A stretch of 64,000 bases of DNA, from positions 55,180,001-55,244,000 of the forward strand of contig OZ024746.1 of the NCBI GenBank assembly GCA_964016885.1, written 5' to 3'. The stretch comes from Eledone cirrhosa. Lineage: Eukaryota. Positions within the stretch are counted from its first letter, which is position 1, and every line of letters begins with the position of its first letter. Under the pieces are notes generated by a model. The model had not been told where the DNA came from and searched no databases. It saw only the letters and a list, made by a program, of their open reading frames with translations. The position numbers and the translations under genes were made by a program. This document shows, piece after piece, positions 26,185 to 40,012 of the stretch.

Positions 26185-29100
26185 TTACAGATATATACTC
26201 AGAGTAGGCCCATTCACTCGGGCCATTCTTGCTTCTCTCACCCATCTTTCAACAAAATGCTGGGAAGAGAGCACTTCCCTCTCTACTCTGATTTTCCTTT
26301 TCAAATGAAATTTGAAAAAGTCAATCAGAACATCACCGAAGAGGTAAGTGCTCGTCTTCAGCCCTTTCAAACGTGTCCACCATACTATCTCTTTCGCCAT
26401 GGCCACCAGACAGATAAAAACTGCCTGCCCTTCCCGGCTAAAGGAGGAGGGCGGGGCAATCCTCACGATGGACTCAGATGATAGCCGGATCCGTCCTAAA
26501 CGCGACAGCAGGTGTTCGACATAAACCCACAAGTCAGCAATTTTCGGACACTGGACGAGTGCGTGCAGGACGGTTTCGTCGCCCTGCGCGCATCTCGGAC
26601 ATGCCCTGCTGACGGCACCTCCATGCCTGTCGAGTTTATCCCGAACTGGCAAGGCTCCTCGGTAGCACTGCCAGGCCAGAGATTTCTGGAAGTTGTCCAT
26701 AGGCCCTGGCCCGAAAGTTCTTCCGAAGAGATTGGCTAGTTGATTTTCGTCGACGCCTAGAGTTTACCCAAGTACGTCGTCGCTCTTCCCCTCCACTAAT
26801 CCTCTATAGAACGCCGAGGTGGAGTTTCCACCGATCACATTGCCCGATTGGTCGAGGGCTGTGAGCGCCTGAAGACATTCCAGTCTCCAGGCGCTCCCTC
26901 TCGGTCTTCGCTTGACCCAGGACTGCAGCTCCGTCAAGGAAACGAGCTGGGGAAAAACGCGTCTAGCAAACGGCGACCACACCTGATCACCGTCGAGGAA
27001 GAGGTGGAGATGTCGTAGCCTGAGCGCGTGCCTGCGCATCATCAGCCACGGCATGCCCAGCCCTCCACGTAGCGGGTGTTGACAACAGATGGACCGCCTG
27101 ACCATCGGAGCACGTCCCTTCCACAAAAAGCGAAAGAGCAAACGCTCCAGCGCAGTCAGGCGAGGCTTAGGACAAGGTACGACGGTTAGGCGGTAGCAGA
27201 TGACAGAGGCGATGTACGCGTTAGCCACCTCCGCTCGACCTTTCAGGGATAGCTTCCTCTCCGCCCATTTCTGGGTGAGAGAAGCCACCCTGCTCGTCAC
27301 CTCGTCCCAGTTTGTGTCCGTCTGGAGGTCCGGACCGAACCAGACCCCTAGTAATTTAACCGGTCCGTCCGTCCAGCGCCCGACGACGCTGTTGGACGGC
27401 ATGGACCTGCCTCTCCAGGTGCCGAGCTGCAGGCCCACTGACTTTTCCTGGTTGATCATTGCTCCTGTCACCGCTTCGTATTCTCTTAGTGTAGTGCCGA
27501 TCGCCTCGATGTGTTTGGCGTTCGACACCACTACGGTGACATCGTCCGCATATGCTGACACGGATCTTCCGCATCCTAGTTCGCGCGGGACTCCCCTCAA
27601 CGTCTCCAGTTTGTGCAGTAATGGCTCGAGAGTCAATACGTACAAGAGGGACGAGAGGGGACATCCTTGGCGGACCGAGCGCATGAAGTTGAACGGTTCC
27701 GACAGGTGACCGTTCACTATAACCACAGAGCAGATGTCGCTGTGCATGGCAGCGATCCAGCCTCTGAAGACGGGCCCAAAGCCAGCCGCCCTCAGGACTG
27801 CCGCTAGGTAACGATGGTCGACCCTATCGAAAGCTTTCGACTGATCTAAATTGATCAAGGACCCACCCGTGCCAGGTTCCCTAGCTACCCTCTCTACGAT
27901 GTATCGCATGAGGTGGAGGTTGTCGTGGATGGATCTGTCGGGTATGGCGCATGTCTGCGCCTCTCCCACCTCTAGCACCTTGGCCAAAATCTTGAACTCT
28001 GTGTTTAGCAGAGTTATGGGCCGGAAATTGTCTATGTTATCCCTCTTGTTCGGATCCTTTCTCAGCAGTGCCACCGCTGCTCGGCTTACAGAAATGGGAA
28101 TTCTCCCGTTCTGTTGCCAGTTGCAGTAGACGTCCGCCAAGAGGCCTCCGAACAAGTCTGGCATCTGTACGTAAAGTTCATAGGGCATACCATCCAAACC
28201 AGGCGATTTACCCGTTGTGCAGCCAGTCATTGCCTCCCTTACTTCAGCGGCTGTTATCGGCTTTTCGCAACACTTCGCCTCAGTGGCCGAGAGCCGCGGC
28301 AGTCCGTCGAGGTAGACACTAAAGTCCATCCCTCTACCCGGCCCACCGCTGCCCCCGAACAGCTGAGCGAAGTGTCGCTGAAAAGCTTCACACATTTGCC
28401 CGGGAACGAGTAGCATGCGCCCGTCGTGGTCCACCAAAGACCGGATCGTGGCTTTGTTGCCACGACGCGCCTCCGCCACTCGGGCCCATTGAACGGCTTT
28501 CGTCCCCTCGTGTCTGAGAGCACGCACCCTTGCTCTGACAACGCAGCCTTCGTGCTTTGCATTGAAGAATTGGTCAAGGGCCAATTTCGCCGCAAGCACG
28601 TCGGTCGCAATGCCTTTGCTAAGCGCCTCGTCTAATTTTCTAACTAGTTCTCCCTCTGCTCTATTTTTCTCTATTGCTAAAGCCTTACTAAAGCTAATCG
28701 ATTCTATTCTAATCGCTCTTTTCAGAGCAAACCACCATTTGTTGTTGACGATGGCCCCCGTCAACGCCCGCTTAACTAGTTCGCTAATCCGGTCTCTGTA
28801 GGCCTTGCGCGCTGGTAAGGACGCGTTTAGCTTCCAGTAGCCGGGTCCTCGTCTATGAAGCTTATCTAAGTCAAGCACACAGATCACGAATTTGTGGTCC
28901 GTGTAGCTGACTATCTTGAATTGTGGACAGCCTATGCTAGACCTATCTATTTCCCTACAAAATACTCCATCTAGATATGATCTGGATGACCCTATGCGGT
29001 TTGTCCAAGTCCACATTGGCACATTCGGGAAATCCAATCGGTACCTGTCAGACAGTTCAAAACGCCTGAGCAGGTTGGTGAGGCTCTTGCACCCTCCACC

Positions 29101-29547
29101 CCTATCCGCTAATCCCACACAGTCCCAGCGTGCATCTAAGATCCCGTTCCAATCGCCCACTAACACTAAAGAGCGGGACGTTCAAAGAAAAGTCTCCAGA
29201 CGCCGGAAGAAATCAGGCCGCCCTGCTCCTGTCGGGGCATAGACGGCCACTAGCCTGAAAGCTTGCCCGTCTCCGCTGGTCACGTCCAGGAAGATGGCCC
29301 GTATGGCGAGATCCAAACCTCTCCGAAAAAGCACAGCAACTCCTCCACCCGATCCAGGACGGCTGGGAGATGCGTACACATCGTAGACGCCGAAGATCGG
29401 TGCGAAAGCCCGTGCTTCGGAGATTCTGGTCTCGCTGATGGCCACTACATCTATGTTTAGTGACCTGAGGTCGTTGAGCAGGTGACCCTGCTTCCATGAC
29501 GACCCCAAGCCACGCGCATTTATGCTGCCTATTCTGAGTGAGGTCAT
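26185..29547 (-). pseudogene. Tx1-type ORF2; frameshift at ~29180 and stop at 26764
   Basis: GSINARGL, SETR, VYAP, GDWN, SYLD, TDHK, GPGYWKLN, KSPGLDG, NFRPITLLN, DQSKAFDRV, VRQGCPLS, AYADD, CPRC...ETVLHALVQCP. Confidence 0.93.
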
Positions 29548-29582
29548 GTTTAAAATAGAGTGGAAAAGATGGGAAAGACCAC

Positions 29583-31694
29583 TTACCGTACTTTTGGTAG
29601 AGGAGGGATGGTTTTTACATCCCTTTTCACTTGATCGTCTGGTGAAGGGACCGTTGAATCGTCCCTTCGGCTGGTCGTCGGCTCTTCTAAGAGAATATCT
29701 GAATATACTCTTCGATTGATGGTTCCTCCTAGGTCCCTGAAATCACCAACTGCGTTGGGGAATTTCGTTTTAATGTTTGTGTATTGTTTCTGTGCTATTT
29801 TTAGCAGTCTTATGTTAGTTGGCGTTTTGATTGGTGCTGGTATTATGTAGTCCTGTTGTGAAATGTCTGTGTGTTCAATTATGTAAGTCATTAGTTTCTT
29901 GTTGTGTGTATTTATTACCGTGCATTTGTTTTTCTGGGGGTGGGGTGTGGTTCTGCTATTTTCTTGTCGTTGTTGCTGGGAAGTGTGTGTTTTGTTGTTG
30001 TGTTTGCGATGTTGGTGCTTGTGGTGGTGGTGTTGAAGGTGTTGTTGGCGGTGGGGTTGTCGCCGGTGGTGATGGTGGTGCTAGTGTGGGTGGTGATGGT
30101 GTTGGTGGTGTTGCTGCTGTGGGTCTCTTTGCAGTAGACTTTACCCTTTTCTAATTTCTTTCCTCCCTTTTCAAAGGCGACGATGCGCTGCTTCTGCGTT
30201 TGTGCCTTCTTACGAGCTTTTGCCATCCCTCTCCCACCTCACACTCCATGTCTGATTCTGTGAGGTCGGGGAGGGGTACCAGCTCCACTCTTTCACTTGT
30301 TGTTGTTGGTGATGTTTGCACTGGAGTCTCTGTTGCAGCTGCATTTGGTATTGCTGTTGTTGTTGTTAATATTTCCACTGCTGCTGCTGTTTTTGATTTC
30401 CGTGGAGTGGGTATGGGTGCCACGGACCTATCGTTCCTGGTTACCGCTTGTCCTGTTGCTGGTAGCCGTGGAGCCGGATTCGGAAGGAGGGGGTTTTCTT
30501 CTTTCTCAGGGTCTTCTCGTTGCAGAAGGCCCTGAGGTGAGTCTTCGATCCACAGCGAAAGCATTTCGGTCGTTTGCCCTCAACACTTATGGGCAGTTGA
30601 GTGCCGTTATCGAAGTCTATCACATCCGGGATAGCTTCGATGCACTCCTGGTTGGTTTGGATTAGCATCTCAATGGAGGTGCCTACCCAATCTTCTCTTA
30701 CTTTTTTCTGTACTTGCAGTACAGTTGTTTTGTCCTCGATTCCGACGAGGACAGACGCGGCCAGCCAAGAAGCGGCCATTCCGGGGGGGGGGGGGGGGAC
30801 GTGGGTCAGTTTGACCCTCACAATTTTTTGCCCGCAGTAGGAGGGCACCAACACCATTTCCTCGCTCCTTAGGGTCACTACTGATTGGGCCTTTGCCTCC
30901 TGGGGTGTGGCAAAAAGTACGTCTACGGTGGCATATTTTTTGCCTCGGGTGATGTGCGTTTTCCGCTGCCACACAGACCCCAAGGCTTTTTGTATTTGGG
31001 CCTCTGTGGCTCCTTCCACCCTATGGGATTTTGTACTTACTGTACGGTACGTGACCGTACAGTGCTCTTGGGTTTCGAAAAATTTTTCCGCTGCCTTGCA
31101 GATTGCTCGGTGTCCTTTCTTTGTCACCATCTTCTTCGCTTCCTCTAATTCCTCATTTGTTATGAGGATTATTTCCAAGTTTTTCGCAATACCTGCAAAT
31201 GAGATTGGTTTTTCTCTGCTGCTGCTGTTGTTGTTGTCGTCAGAGCTGCTGGTACCTTTGTTGTTGCTGCAGGTACTACGACTACTGCCTCTGCCGCTGT
31301 TGTTGTGGTTGTTGTTGGTGTTGCTGCTGCTAATGCTGTTGTTGTTTATGCTGCTGGTGATGCTGTTGCGGCTGCTACTGTTGTTTTCATTGTCACTGTT
31401 GCTGTTGTTATTACGGCTGCTATTGCTATTATTCCTGACGTCAGACGAATGAACTGGGTTTTCGTATTTCCCGCACACCTGTTTCGTCGCTGTCGTCGTC
31501 GTCGTGGAGAAACCTTGCACGCTTTGCACGAGACTTTTCTTTTCTTTCGTCACTTGCAAAAGAGAAGGGAGGGAGAGAGACACATTTAAAGAAGGGAGGG
31601 AGAGAGACAATCTTCTCTCTGCTGTAGTGATGATTGAGGAAGAAGAAGACGGAATGAGTGGGAGTGACGTATGAAATTTCTTTTTCGTAGCCAT
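29583..31694 (-). pseudogene. Tx1-type ORF1 (gag-like, CCHC knuckle), frameshifted, low-complexity
   Basis: PKCFRCGSKTHLRAFC; N/S- and T-rich segments; continues through frames 30151-30564, 29915-30226 and 29583-29891. Confidence 0.75.
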
Positions 31695-31907
31695 GTTGTT
31701 TTTTGTTTAAAATGAATATTGGGTACAAAACCCCAATAACTGGTTATTTAACACCGAAGGGCCAAATAACGGACAGAAAGACCCCTTTCACGAGGAGGAG
31801 GGTGTCTTTATCAACAATTTGGTTCAAGTTTTAAACAATTTACAATTGTTTTAACGGTTAAAAATTACTATACCTTACAGAGCCGAGCCTCCGTCAACCA
31901 TGCATTC

Positions 31908-31938
<31 letters not shown>

Positions 31939-32216
31939 TTGATAATAAGGAGATGTAGGAAAGAAGAAAGAAAAAATATATATACGAAAATGTAAACGCA
32001 TTTGCTAGATATATTGCTCGCAGACAATATTACGACTTTGCAAAGAATTGGAATTTTAAAGAAATTTAGTGTTTTCCTTAGGTAGAATATTCAGAATTAT
32101 CTTAACCATGAAACTCAAAATTTGGCGAAATATCTCTAGAATCGCATCATAACCTAACCAATCTTGGAATATAATCAAGTAAATATCTCTTTATCTACTT
32201 AAAAGTATCTCTCTCA

Positions 32217-32320
<104 letters not shown>

Positions 32321-32444
32321 CCTATTATATGAATTCTTACCTTTTGAAATTTACGGTCACTCATACGCAATGATTATATAACAGATATATACTTCTTTCT
32401 CTCTCTCTCTTTCTCTCTCTCTCTCTATCTAACTATATTCATAC

Positions 32445-32502
<58 letters not shown>

Positions 32503-32504
<2 letters not shown>

Positions 32505-34611
32505 CTCAGCGACGAGTTCCGCACCCGAACGGAAGTCGAGCGATTCGTGCGACGCACTAAGCTGCAGGCACATTTCAGCCGAACGCCACCGGCTCCGGAC
32601 GCCCCAGACCCGTTTCTCGCCCTGGGCCGACGACCATCTTCTTGGACGCCGGCCCCAGGGCAATTTAGCACCCTGGACGCCTTCGTCGATGCCAGCCGTA
32701 GCGCAGTAAATCGTTTCGACTTCCGCCACCGTTCCAAACGGCACAACATCTCACGGGGCGAACTCCTCGCTCTCCGCTCCCTCCGTAGCCGAGATGACAT
32801 CGTCATCAAACCGGCGGACAAGGGGGCGCCGTGGTGGTATGGCGCGCGGACCTCTACACGGCCGAAGCCCTCAGGCAGCTCTGTAACCACCTCTTTTACC
32901 GCCCTCTACCCTCCGATCCCACCCCCCTCTACCAACAACAAGTCTCCTCCACCATCAAAGATCTTATCGCCTCCTCCCTCCTCCCCCACCGCTTACCACC
33001 TCATCGTCCGCACCCCCCGCACCCCCACCATCTACTTCCTCCCCAAACTACACAAACCCTACAACCCCGGCCGCCCCATCGTCTCCGCTTGCAACTGCCC
33101 CACCGAACTCATCTCCGCCTTTCTCAACTCCCTCCTCGCCCCCCTTGTCACCACCCTCCCCTCCCACATCTCCGACACCAACCACGCCCTGCGCCTTTTC
33201 GACTCCTTCACCTACCTACCCGGCCCTCAGCCATTCCTCTTCACCCTAGACATCAAGTCCCTCTATACCGTCATCCCCCACGCCGACGGCCTTCGCGCCC
33301 TCAAACACTACCTCGACCTTCGCCCCTCCCCCATTCCCTCCACCCCCACCCTCCTTCGCCTCGCCGAGCTGGTCCTCACCCTAAATTATTTCTCCTTCTC
33401 GGGTGAGTTTTACCAACAGGTCACGGGGGTAGCCATGGGCACAAGAATGGGCCCGAACTATGCCAACCTTTTTGTTGGCCATGTTGAGGCCCAAATCTTT
33501 GCCCAGTACACCGGCCCCACGCCCGAACTGTACGGTCGTTACATTGACGACTGTATCGGAGCCACGACCCTCACCCGAGTACAGCTCGACTCCTTTCTCT
33601 CCTTCTTCTGCTCCTTCCACCCCTCCCTCCACTTCACCACCTCTATCTCCACCACCCACGTCCACTTCTTAGACATCTCCGTGGCCTTCGACCCCTCCCA
33701 CCACTCCCTCGTCACCTCCGCCTTCTTCAAACCCACCGACTCCCACTCTTACCTCGACTTCACCTCTTCCCACCCCACCCACACCAAGCTCTCCAATCTC
33801 TACTCCCAACTTCTCAGGATCCGCCGCCTCTGTAGCCGTGATGCTGACTTCGAGTCCCAGGCCCTTTCCCTAGTCAGCCATTTCATCCGCAGAGGTTATC
33901 CCCCTCTCTCGTCTACACCGCTCTCACCCGCGCCCGTGCTATCCCCCGCTCCACCACCCTCACCCCACGCCACTGCACACCCACCCACCGTCTCCCCTTC
34001 CCCATCACCTACCACCCCTCCACCTTACCCCTCCAACGCACCATTCGCCGCCTCTTCCGACGCCTCCAGTCCGACCCCTCCACCTCCCACATCTTCCCAA
34101 CCCCACCACTCCCCTCCTTCAAACGCGCACGCAATCTCCGCACCCTCCTCGTCCACAGCTCCCTACCCCCCAACCCACGCTCCGGTTCCCCGCCGGTTCC
34201 TTCCCCTGTTCTAGGCCCCACTGCAACACCTGTCCCCACATCACCAACACCACCACCTTCCAGGGTCCCAACGGCCACTCTCTCTCGGTCCGGCATGCCT
34301 TCCGCTGCACCTCCTCCAACCTAGTCTACGGACTTCGTTGCACGGAGTGCAGCGCGACTTATGTCGGACAGACGGGACGTCGCCTGGCGGACCGAGTCAC
34401 GGAGCACCTCCGGGATATTCGTCTCGGGGGCAGTTCCCCCATCGCCCGCCACTTTGGTGGCCCTGGACACTCCGCACGCCATCTCACAGTCTGTGGCCTA
34501 CTCCAGTGCCACGGAACACCCGCCCATCGCCTTACGGTCGAACAACGCACTATCTTCATCTTACAGACCCACACTCCCCCTGGCCTGAACTCCCCACCCT
34601 TATTCCTTTAG
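32503..34611 (+). pseudogene. PLE RT + Cys linker + GIY-YIG endonuclease (about 3 frameshifts)
   Basis: A frame absent from the ORF track gives CSRPHCNTC...CTSSNLVYGLRCTECSATYVGQTGRRLADRVTEH...PIARHF...EQRTI...PPGLN, with TAG at 34609-34611. Confidence 0.9.
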
Positions 34612-35091
34612 CGTTCGATCGCCCCCTCCCCCACACTTATCCCACACTAACACCACTAACACACCCCTCCTTTTCACCGCCCTACCCACACTAACAATAC
34701 TAACACCTTCACTCCACCCCTCATCTGACCACCCTTCCCCAACTAACATACTAACATCCCTTCCCTCCCCTCTTCTCCTCCTCCCCCTCCTTATCACACG
34801 CACACACGCACCCACTTACACCACCCACCCCACACGCAACTAACGTCACTAACACCCCCAACCCCACGCACACACCCTCGTACACCACCAACTCTACACA
34901 CCCTACCACCACTAACCCCCACTCACACCTGCATTCCACCCCTCCCCACCTCCCGTATACTAACACCCACTAACACCTCTTCACCAAACGACACACACAC
35001 CAGTACACCACACTCCCTCCATAGAACCACACACACCCTTCTCTCCCCGCTCCACACTCACTCATCCCACTAACACCCCTACTAATACACA

Positions 35092-35128
<37 letters not shown>

Positions 35129-35965
35129 CTCACTCCAACTCTCACACCTACCCATCCTCGCCTCCCTACCATTCCGCCGACTGCTGCTATGCCCTTCCGA
35201 CCACCTCTCAGCACCAACTGACCACAGCACTCCCACTGCTGACCACTTCCTGTTGCGCGCGCACCCCACATCTCTCCTCTTCCGACCACCGCTTCTTGGA
35301 TTACCCACACGCGACATTGACTTCTAACCAAATCTCCAAACATCCGTGGAACTTACCAGCTTTTCAACCATCCTCTTACACCATCACCTATATAACTCAC
35401 CCACACACACACCCCCAAAAAATTTTTTTTATCCACACGCCACCCACACCCACAACACGCTTAAACCTCACACACGTGCTTCCCACCACATATTTACACC
35501 CTCAGCCTCCTGATTCCTCTCCCCCCACCCCCTATCCACACACGCACAGACACTCCGACCCACACAAACACCCCCCCACACACACCTTCCTGAACATGCA
35601 ACCCCGTCCTTCCCCCAACCCTCAATTTCACATACACACACACACACACGCACACCTAACCACACACACCACCTTCAGCCCTCCCCGCTCGGACACCCCG
35701 TCTCCCCCTCCCCACTCCACCCGCCACCACCCCTACTCACCCCACACCCTTCCACCACCTGTTTACCCCCCTTTTAATTTCAGTTTATTTTGATCATGCC
35801 TTTATTTTTAAATTTTCTCATTCCTTCTATTTTGATCATGCTTTATTTTTATTTATTATATTTTTTGTCTTTATTTGTTAATTTTTCATTCGCACCGTTT
35901 CCTTTCGCTATATGTCACTCCACCACTCCCCTACACACCTTTTGAACTCTATTCCCACACACTTC

Positions 35966-36002
35966 TCACCTGAAGAAGGGCTTATGCCCGAAACGTCGTC
36001 CC
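35966..36002 (+). ncRNA. Minimal PLE-type hammerhead
   Basis: cac-CTGAAGA-a gggc ttat gccc-GAAA-cg-T-C-gt; stem I weak. Confidence 0.7.
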
Positions 36003-36544
36003 CCACCTACCCCCCCACTCTCCTGGGCGTGAATTTAATAAACATTTATTGTACTGCCTCTCTGTTCTGTCCCTGTTCAATTTTTCATTATATATATATA
36101 TATAAAATTGATAAGGACATTGATAATGTTCGACCGGTATTGGGCCAAGCTATGTCTGACTTAATGGCAATTTGCTATTTGCTTAAAAATATATAATTAC
36201 AGTACTCTAATACAATATATAATCAATATGTATAGTTACAGTTAAATATGCATTGTTTATTTTGATACGATTTCTGTTGACGTACACACAACTGTCAGGC
36301 TTACCATCTAAATAAAAGATTTTGATTTACAATGGCGACTAAATTACACAAAATAGAATATTTCATTACAAAATAGTTAATAATTGAAGTTTTGAGTTAC
36401 ACTAATGTTGATTAAGCGTTTGGTCCTCCTTGCCATTTTCTGACTTTTTATCAACGTTATTATTTTTCTATCCTCTGCATTTACATATCTGCTTTCCCAT
36501 CTCCATTTGTGGTTATTTATCTCCACATATCTTTCATTCACACA

Positions 36545-36628
<84 letters not shown>

Positions 36629-37680
36629 ATGTAAAGATATATATGTATATGTATATTTATATAGCTATATCTGTATAAATAGAGAGTGACTAATCGTGAT
36701 AGCATAAACGTATTTAAATATATATACATATCTAATATATAAGAATGTAAATATGCCAGAAAATACGAATTTAACAGTGAATTGAAAAACATGATAAAAC
36801 AATTTTATTCAGATTTTGTATCTAATTTGACCCCCATCAGACGACGTATATATCACACAATCATGTACAAAGAAACATTTATTTAGGCCAATATATGTCC
36901 CCATCCGCTCTTTGTTTTATACTGGAATGGCTGTACACATTTGAGGAGAATTAGCGCTCGTGTTAGAAGTGAAGACATATATAAATAAATGCAGTGACAG
37001 CGGAATTGTATGATAAGGAAATATCTGTATGAATACAGAATGTGTAACCGAGACTGAAATGAAGTTTATAAATAAATACACATATATAATATGCCAGAAA
37101 ACAAGAATTACCCTGTATATTGAAAAACAATGATAAACATCAATAATCGGTTCTGTGGATCTGATTAAACCTTCATTAGACGTGTACATCATTCGATTAA
37201 CAACACGGAAATATGTACTTAATATGTACTATAATATTTGTTGAGCAAGTGTTAAAGACCGAGATCTAAATCATTGGATATCGATTTAAACACACACACA
37301 CACACACATACACACACATGTATATATATATATATATCATAAAACATGTTCACTTTTCTCCTAGTTTATTTTACACCTAATTCTGTTTAATTAACTGTAT
37401 ATCTGGGCGATTCATACACGCTGTCGAAATATTCGATAAATATTCCCGCGCAGCTGGCGCGAAGGGCTGCTTTCGGTTATTTGTCGGAGATTTCTTCATA
37501 GAAGCCTTTATTCTTATAGCTTTGTCTAATCGATTTTTTATATGGTTAATTATGCTAATTGGGAGAGGAAATGGTATATATTTTATCTGGTGATCCTATA
37601 GACATGTTTTATGATATATAGCTCGGATTATTAAATTATTAACTCTTCATTGAGACACAAAGTGACCCGTTGCAAAACAC

Positions 37681-37784
<104 letters not shown>

Positions 37785-38114
37785 AAACCTTTATATATGT
37801 ATATATATATAATATGCCAGGGAAGTTTGACACTTTTTTTGTTATTTTGTTCCTTTAACACCTTGTCCCTTCTACCATTTTATCAATTTTTTAAGCTAAC
37901 TCCAACAATAACAACACTTAGAATGAGGAATGTTCTAATAACTGACCAATGAGAGGAGAAGAGGAGCTTTGACACTGAAATTCGTTTGTTTGAATTCATA
38001 TGACTCCAGTTGCTCAGTGAAATAACAACCCAACAAGGAACTGGGCATATCAGAGTATTGACAATATTATACACCTCAACAACATATGTACTTGTCTATA
38101 CCATACTAATTCAA

Positions 38115-38169
38115 ACTGCCTGAAGAGGTCACAGCCAAAGATGGCTATCACTGAAATATATATAGCAGT
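38115..38169 (+). ncRNA. Type I hammerhead with (AT)4 palindromic stem III
   Basis: actgc-CTGAAGA-ggtcacagcca aaga tggctatcact-GAAA-tatata-T-A-gcagt. Confidence 0.7.
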
Positions 38170-38349
38170 AATAAACGAAGCTAAATTTTAATCATTTGAC
38201 TTTTATTTAACTTTATTTTACACTACTCCGGAGTAACCAAACCAACCTGCGTACTTCGTCGAGTGCTCCAGCCTGCATACTGAGGTGTTGGTATACAACC
38301 AACATAAACTCAAAACCTATATGTATATATATATATATACACGTGAGTC

Positions 38350-39650
38350 TGTGTGTGCTAACATTTAACTGATCCTTACTAAGAACGTGACATCGACAGT
38401 GACCTTTGAAGTGGGTGAGAGACTTACACATTTTATCGCAAACACTGTTAGGGCTCTCAGGTTGAAGATCATTATGGGTTTTTAAATTTCTCATGCGACT
38501 AGAGCGACTATGCAATATTTGCCATATTTGTCACTGGTGAGGGGTTTGCAATAACGTCTTCAGCATGACCTGTGAAGGCGCATGGCTCAGTGTTTAGAGC
38601 ATTGGGCTTGCAATCGAAAGGTTGTGAGTTCAATTCTAGGACCGGGTAATGTGTTGTTTCCTTGAGCAAGACACTTTATTTCACGTTGCTACAGTTTACT
38701 CAGCTGTAGAAATGAGATGATAGGACTGGGGTCCCTATCATTAACTTACCCAAGACTCCTCCAACGATATATACCTTGGAGGAGGCCAGCTAAACTGTTG
38801 GTGTGTTGTCTATTTGACTCCTGAATTGGATTTGGAGTCCTCTATTTGGCAAGCTTATTCGGCTACACAGAAAGAAAATGAATAGATGGGTCTATATCCT
38901 CTCCCGCGCAGGCCGCTCTTTTCGTCTTTACTCAGCTCATTAACTTTGCATTGACAATGAGCAATATTCTCTGTGTATTAGTTTTCCCCATTGGTTCCAC
39001 TCGTCATATTGTACTTCCCAATTGGGAAGGTCGAGGTCTAATTGCGGGAGCGAGTCTCCTATAAAATCCTTCGAAACGCTTTTTGCTAATGCTTTGTTCT
39101 TTTAATCAGCTCTCCGTTAAGAATCTGCTTGGGAATACGAGTATCGTCTAGCTGTAACAAATGTCCTGTTCAGTGAAAGTGGTGTTATATATATTAGCTC
39201 CTCTACTGAATGTATCAGTTCGTCCCAATAGCCCTGTGACTGGAGCATGTGAAATCCATTGAATTTCCGTAACCTATCTTCGGCAGGTCAGGCTGAAGCG
39301 CTCTTATACGATTAAAGGTTTTCTGTAAACAACCGAGGTCTCCCGTGTCTAAAGACGGTTTGTAAGCACACAAGCACTATATATATCTATGTACGTTTTC
39401 CTTGTCAGAACTTTCTGAGACCATATGCGATTTGAAGAGGAGAAATAGCGTCAGAGGCTTTCTTAAGTCGGAGAGATATTTCATTGTCGGCGTAGTTAGA
39501 AGGTTCCACATAGAATGTGTCTGATACTGGTTGAAACATGACAGCTGTTTTATGCAGAATGATTGTCAGTCCAAAGGCTATGCATGACTGGGGCAGCCTA
39601 TTCATGAATCACTGTATATCACCAGCAATGTACGAGACCAGGGATGATTG
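38350..39650 (-). mobile_element. Decayed RTE-type LINE 3' part, interrupted by a SINE
   Basis: AFGLTI..KTAVMFQP, DNEISLRLKKAS, WTGH...DDTRIPKQIL.GEL, and a C2H2-like tail (CDKMCKS...H..CH). Confidence 0.7.
38575..38720 (+). mobile_element. tRNA-derived SINE (second family)
   Basis: A-box-like tggctcagtg, B-box gagttcaattc, core ccttgagcaagacacttta...cactcagctg-like; another copy at 62414-62720. Confidence 0.75.
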
Positions 39651-39980
39651 TAAACAAGATTGACGCACACACAGAAAAACACACACACTCAAATATTTCT
39701 ATTCTACAATTCGCCAAATATACGAGTTCATATGTGCAAGATACTGCACATATATACTCGCATTTCACGCCCCATCACTTAGGTTGTACCCTGGGTTGAT
39801 CCATATAGAAACAATTGTAATATGCCATTAAAGTTTGTATATATTCTGCAACACTAATTTCGACTCTAATTACGCTCTGTCTCTCTCCCTCTCTTTCTCT
39901 TTATATAAATATGTATATATATCCAAGGAGCTTTTGATTCCAGAGTCGGGCCAGATCGATACAGATGGAACCTTGAGCTG

Positions 39981-40012
39981 ATTGGTTGGTGAAACGCGCG
40001 TCACCAACCAAT
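39981..40012. repeat. 12-bp hairpin overlapping an HHR 3' half (GAAA-cgcgcg-TC)
   Basis: attggttggtga-aacgcgcg-tcaccaaccaat within a ~130-bp island between TA-rich tracts. Confidence 0.55.

Larger units (their letters stand above)
25924..31907 (-). mobile_element. Apparently full-length Tx1/L1-group LINE inserted in an (AAT)n/(TTA)n microsatellite
   Basis: (AAT)n abuts both ends (25894-25923 and 31908-31937); ORF1 with zinc knuckle; ORF2 with APE, RT and C-terminal zinc motif; AATAAA near the 3' end on the minus strand. Confidence 0.93.
32503..36088 (+). mobile_element. 5'-truncated Neptune-type Penelope-like element with long C/A-rich 3' UTR
   Basis: ERFVRRTKLQAHF, IKPADKG, PGRPIVS, TLDIKSLYT, GVAMGTRMGPNYANLF, RYIDD, KPTDSHSYL; TA repeats on both sides. 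Confidence 0.93.

Noticed and set aside
36660-37510. Imperfect duplication and HHR-like fragments on the minus strand
   Set aside because: Cores and stems are too degenerate to fold convincingly.
38575-38650. tRNA gene
   Set aside because: A and B boxes are present but there is no cloverleaf, and it continues into a SINE body.
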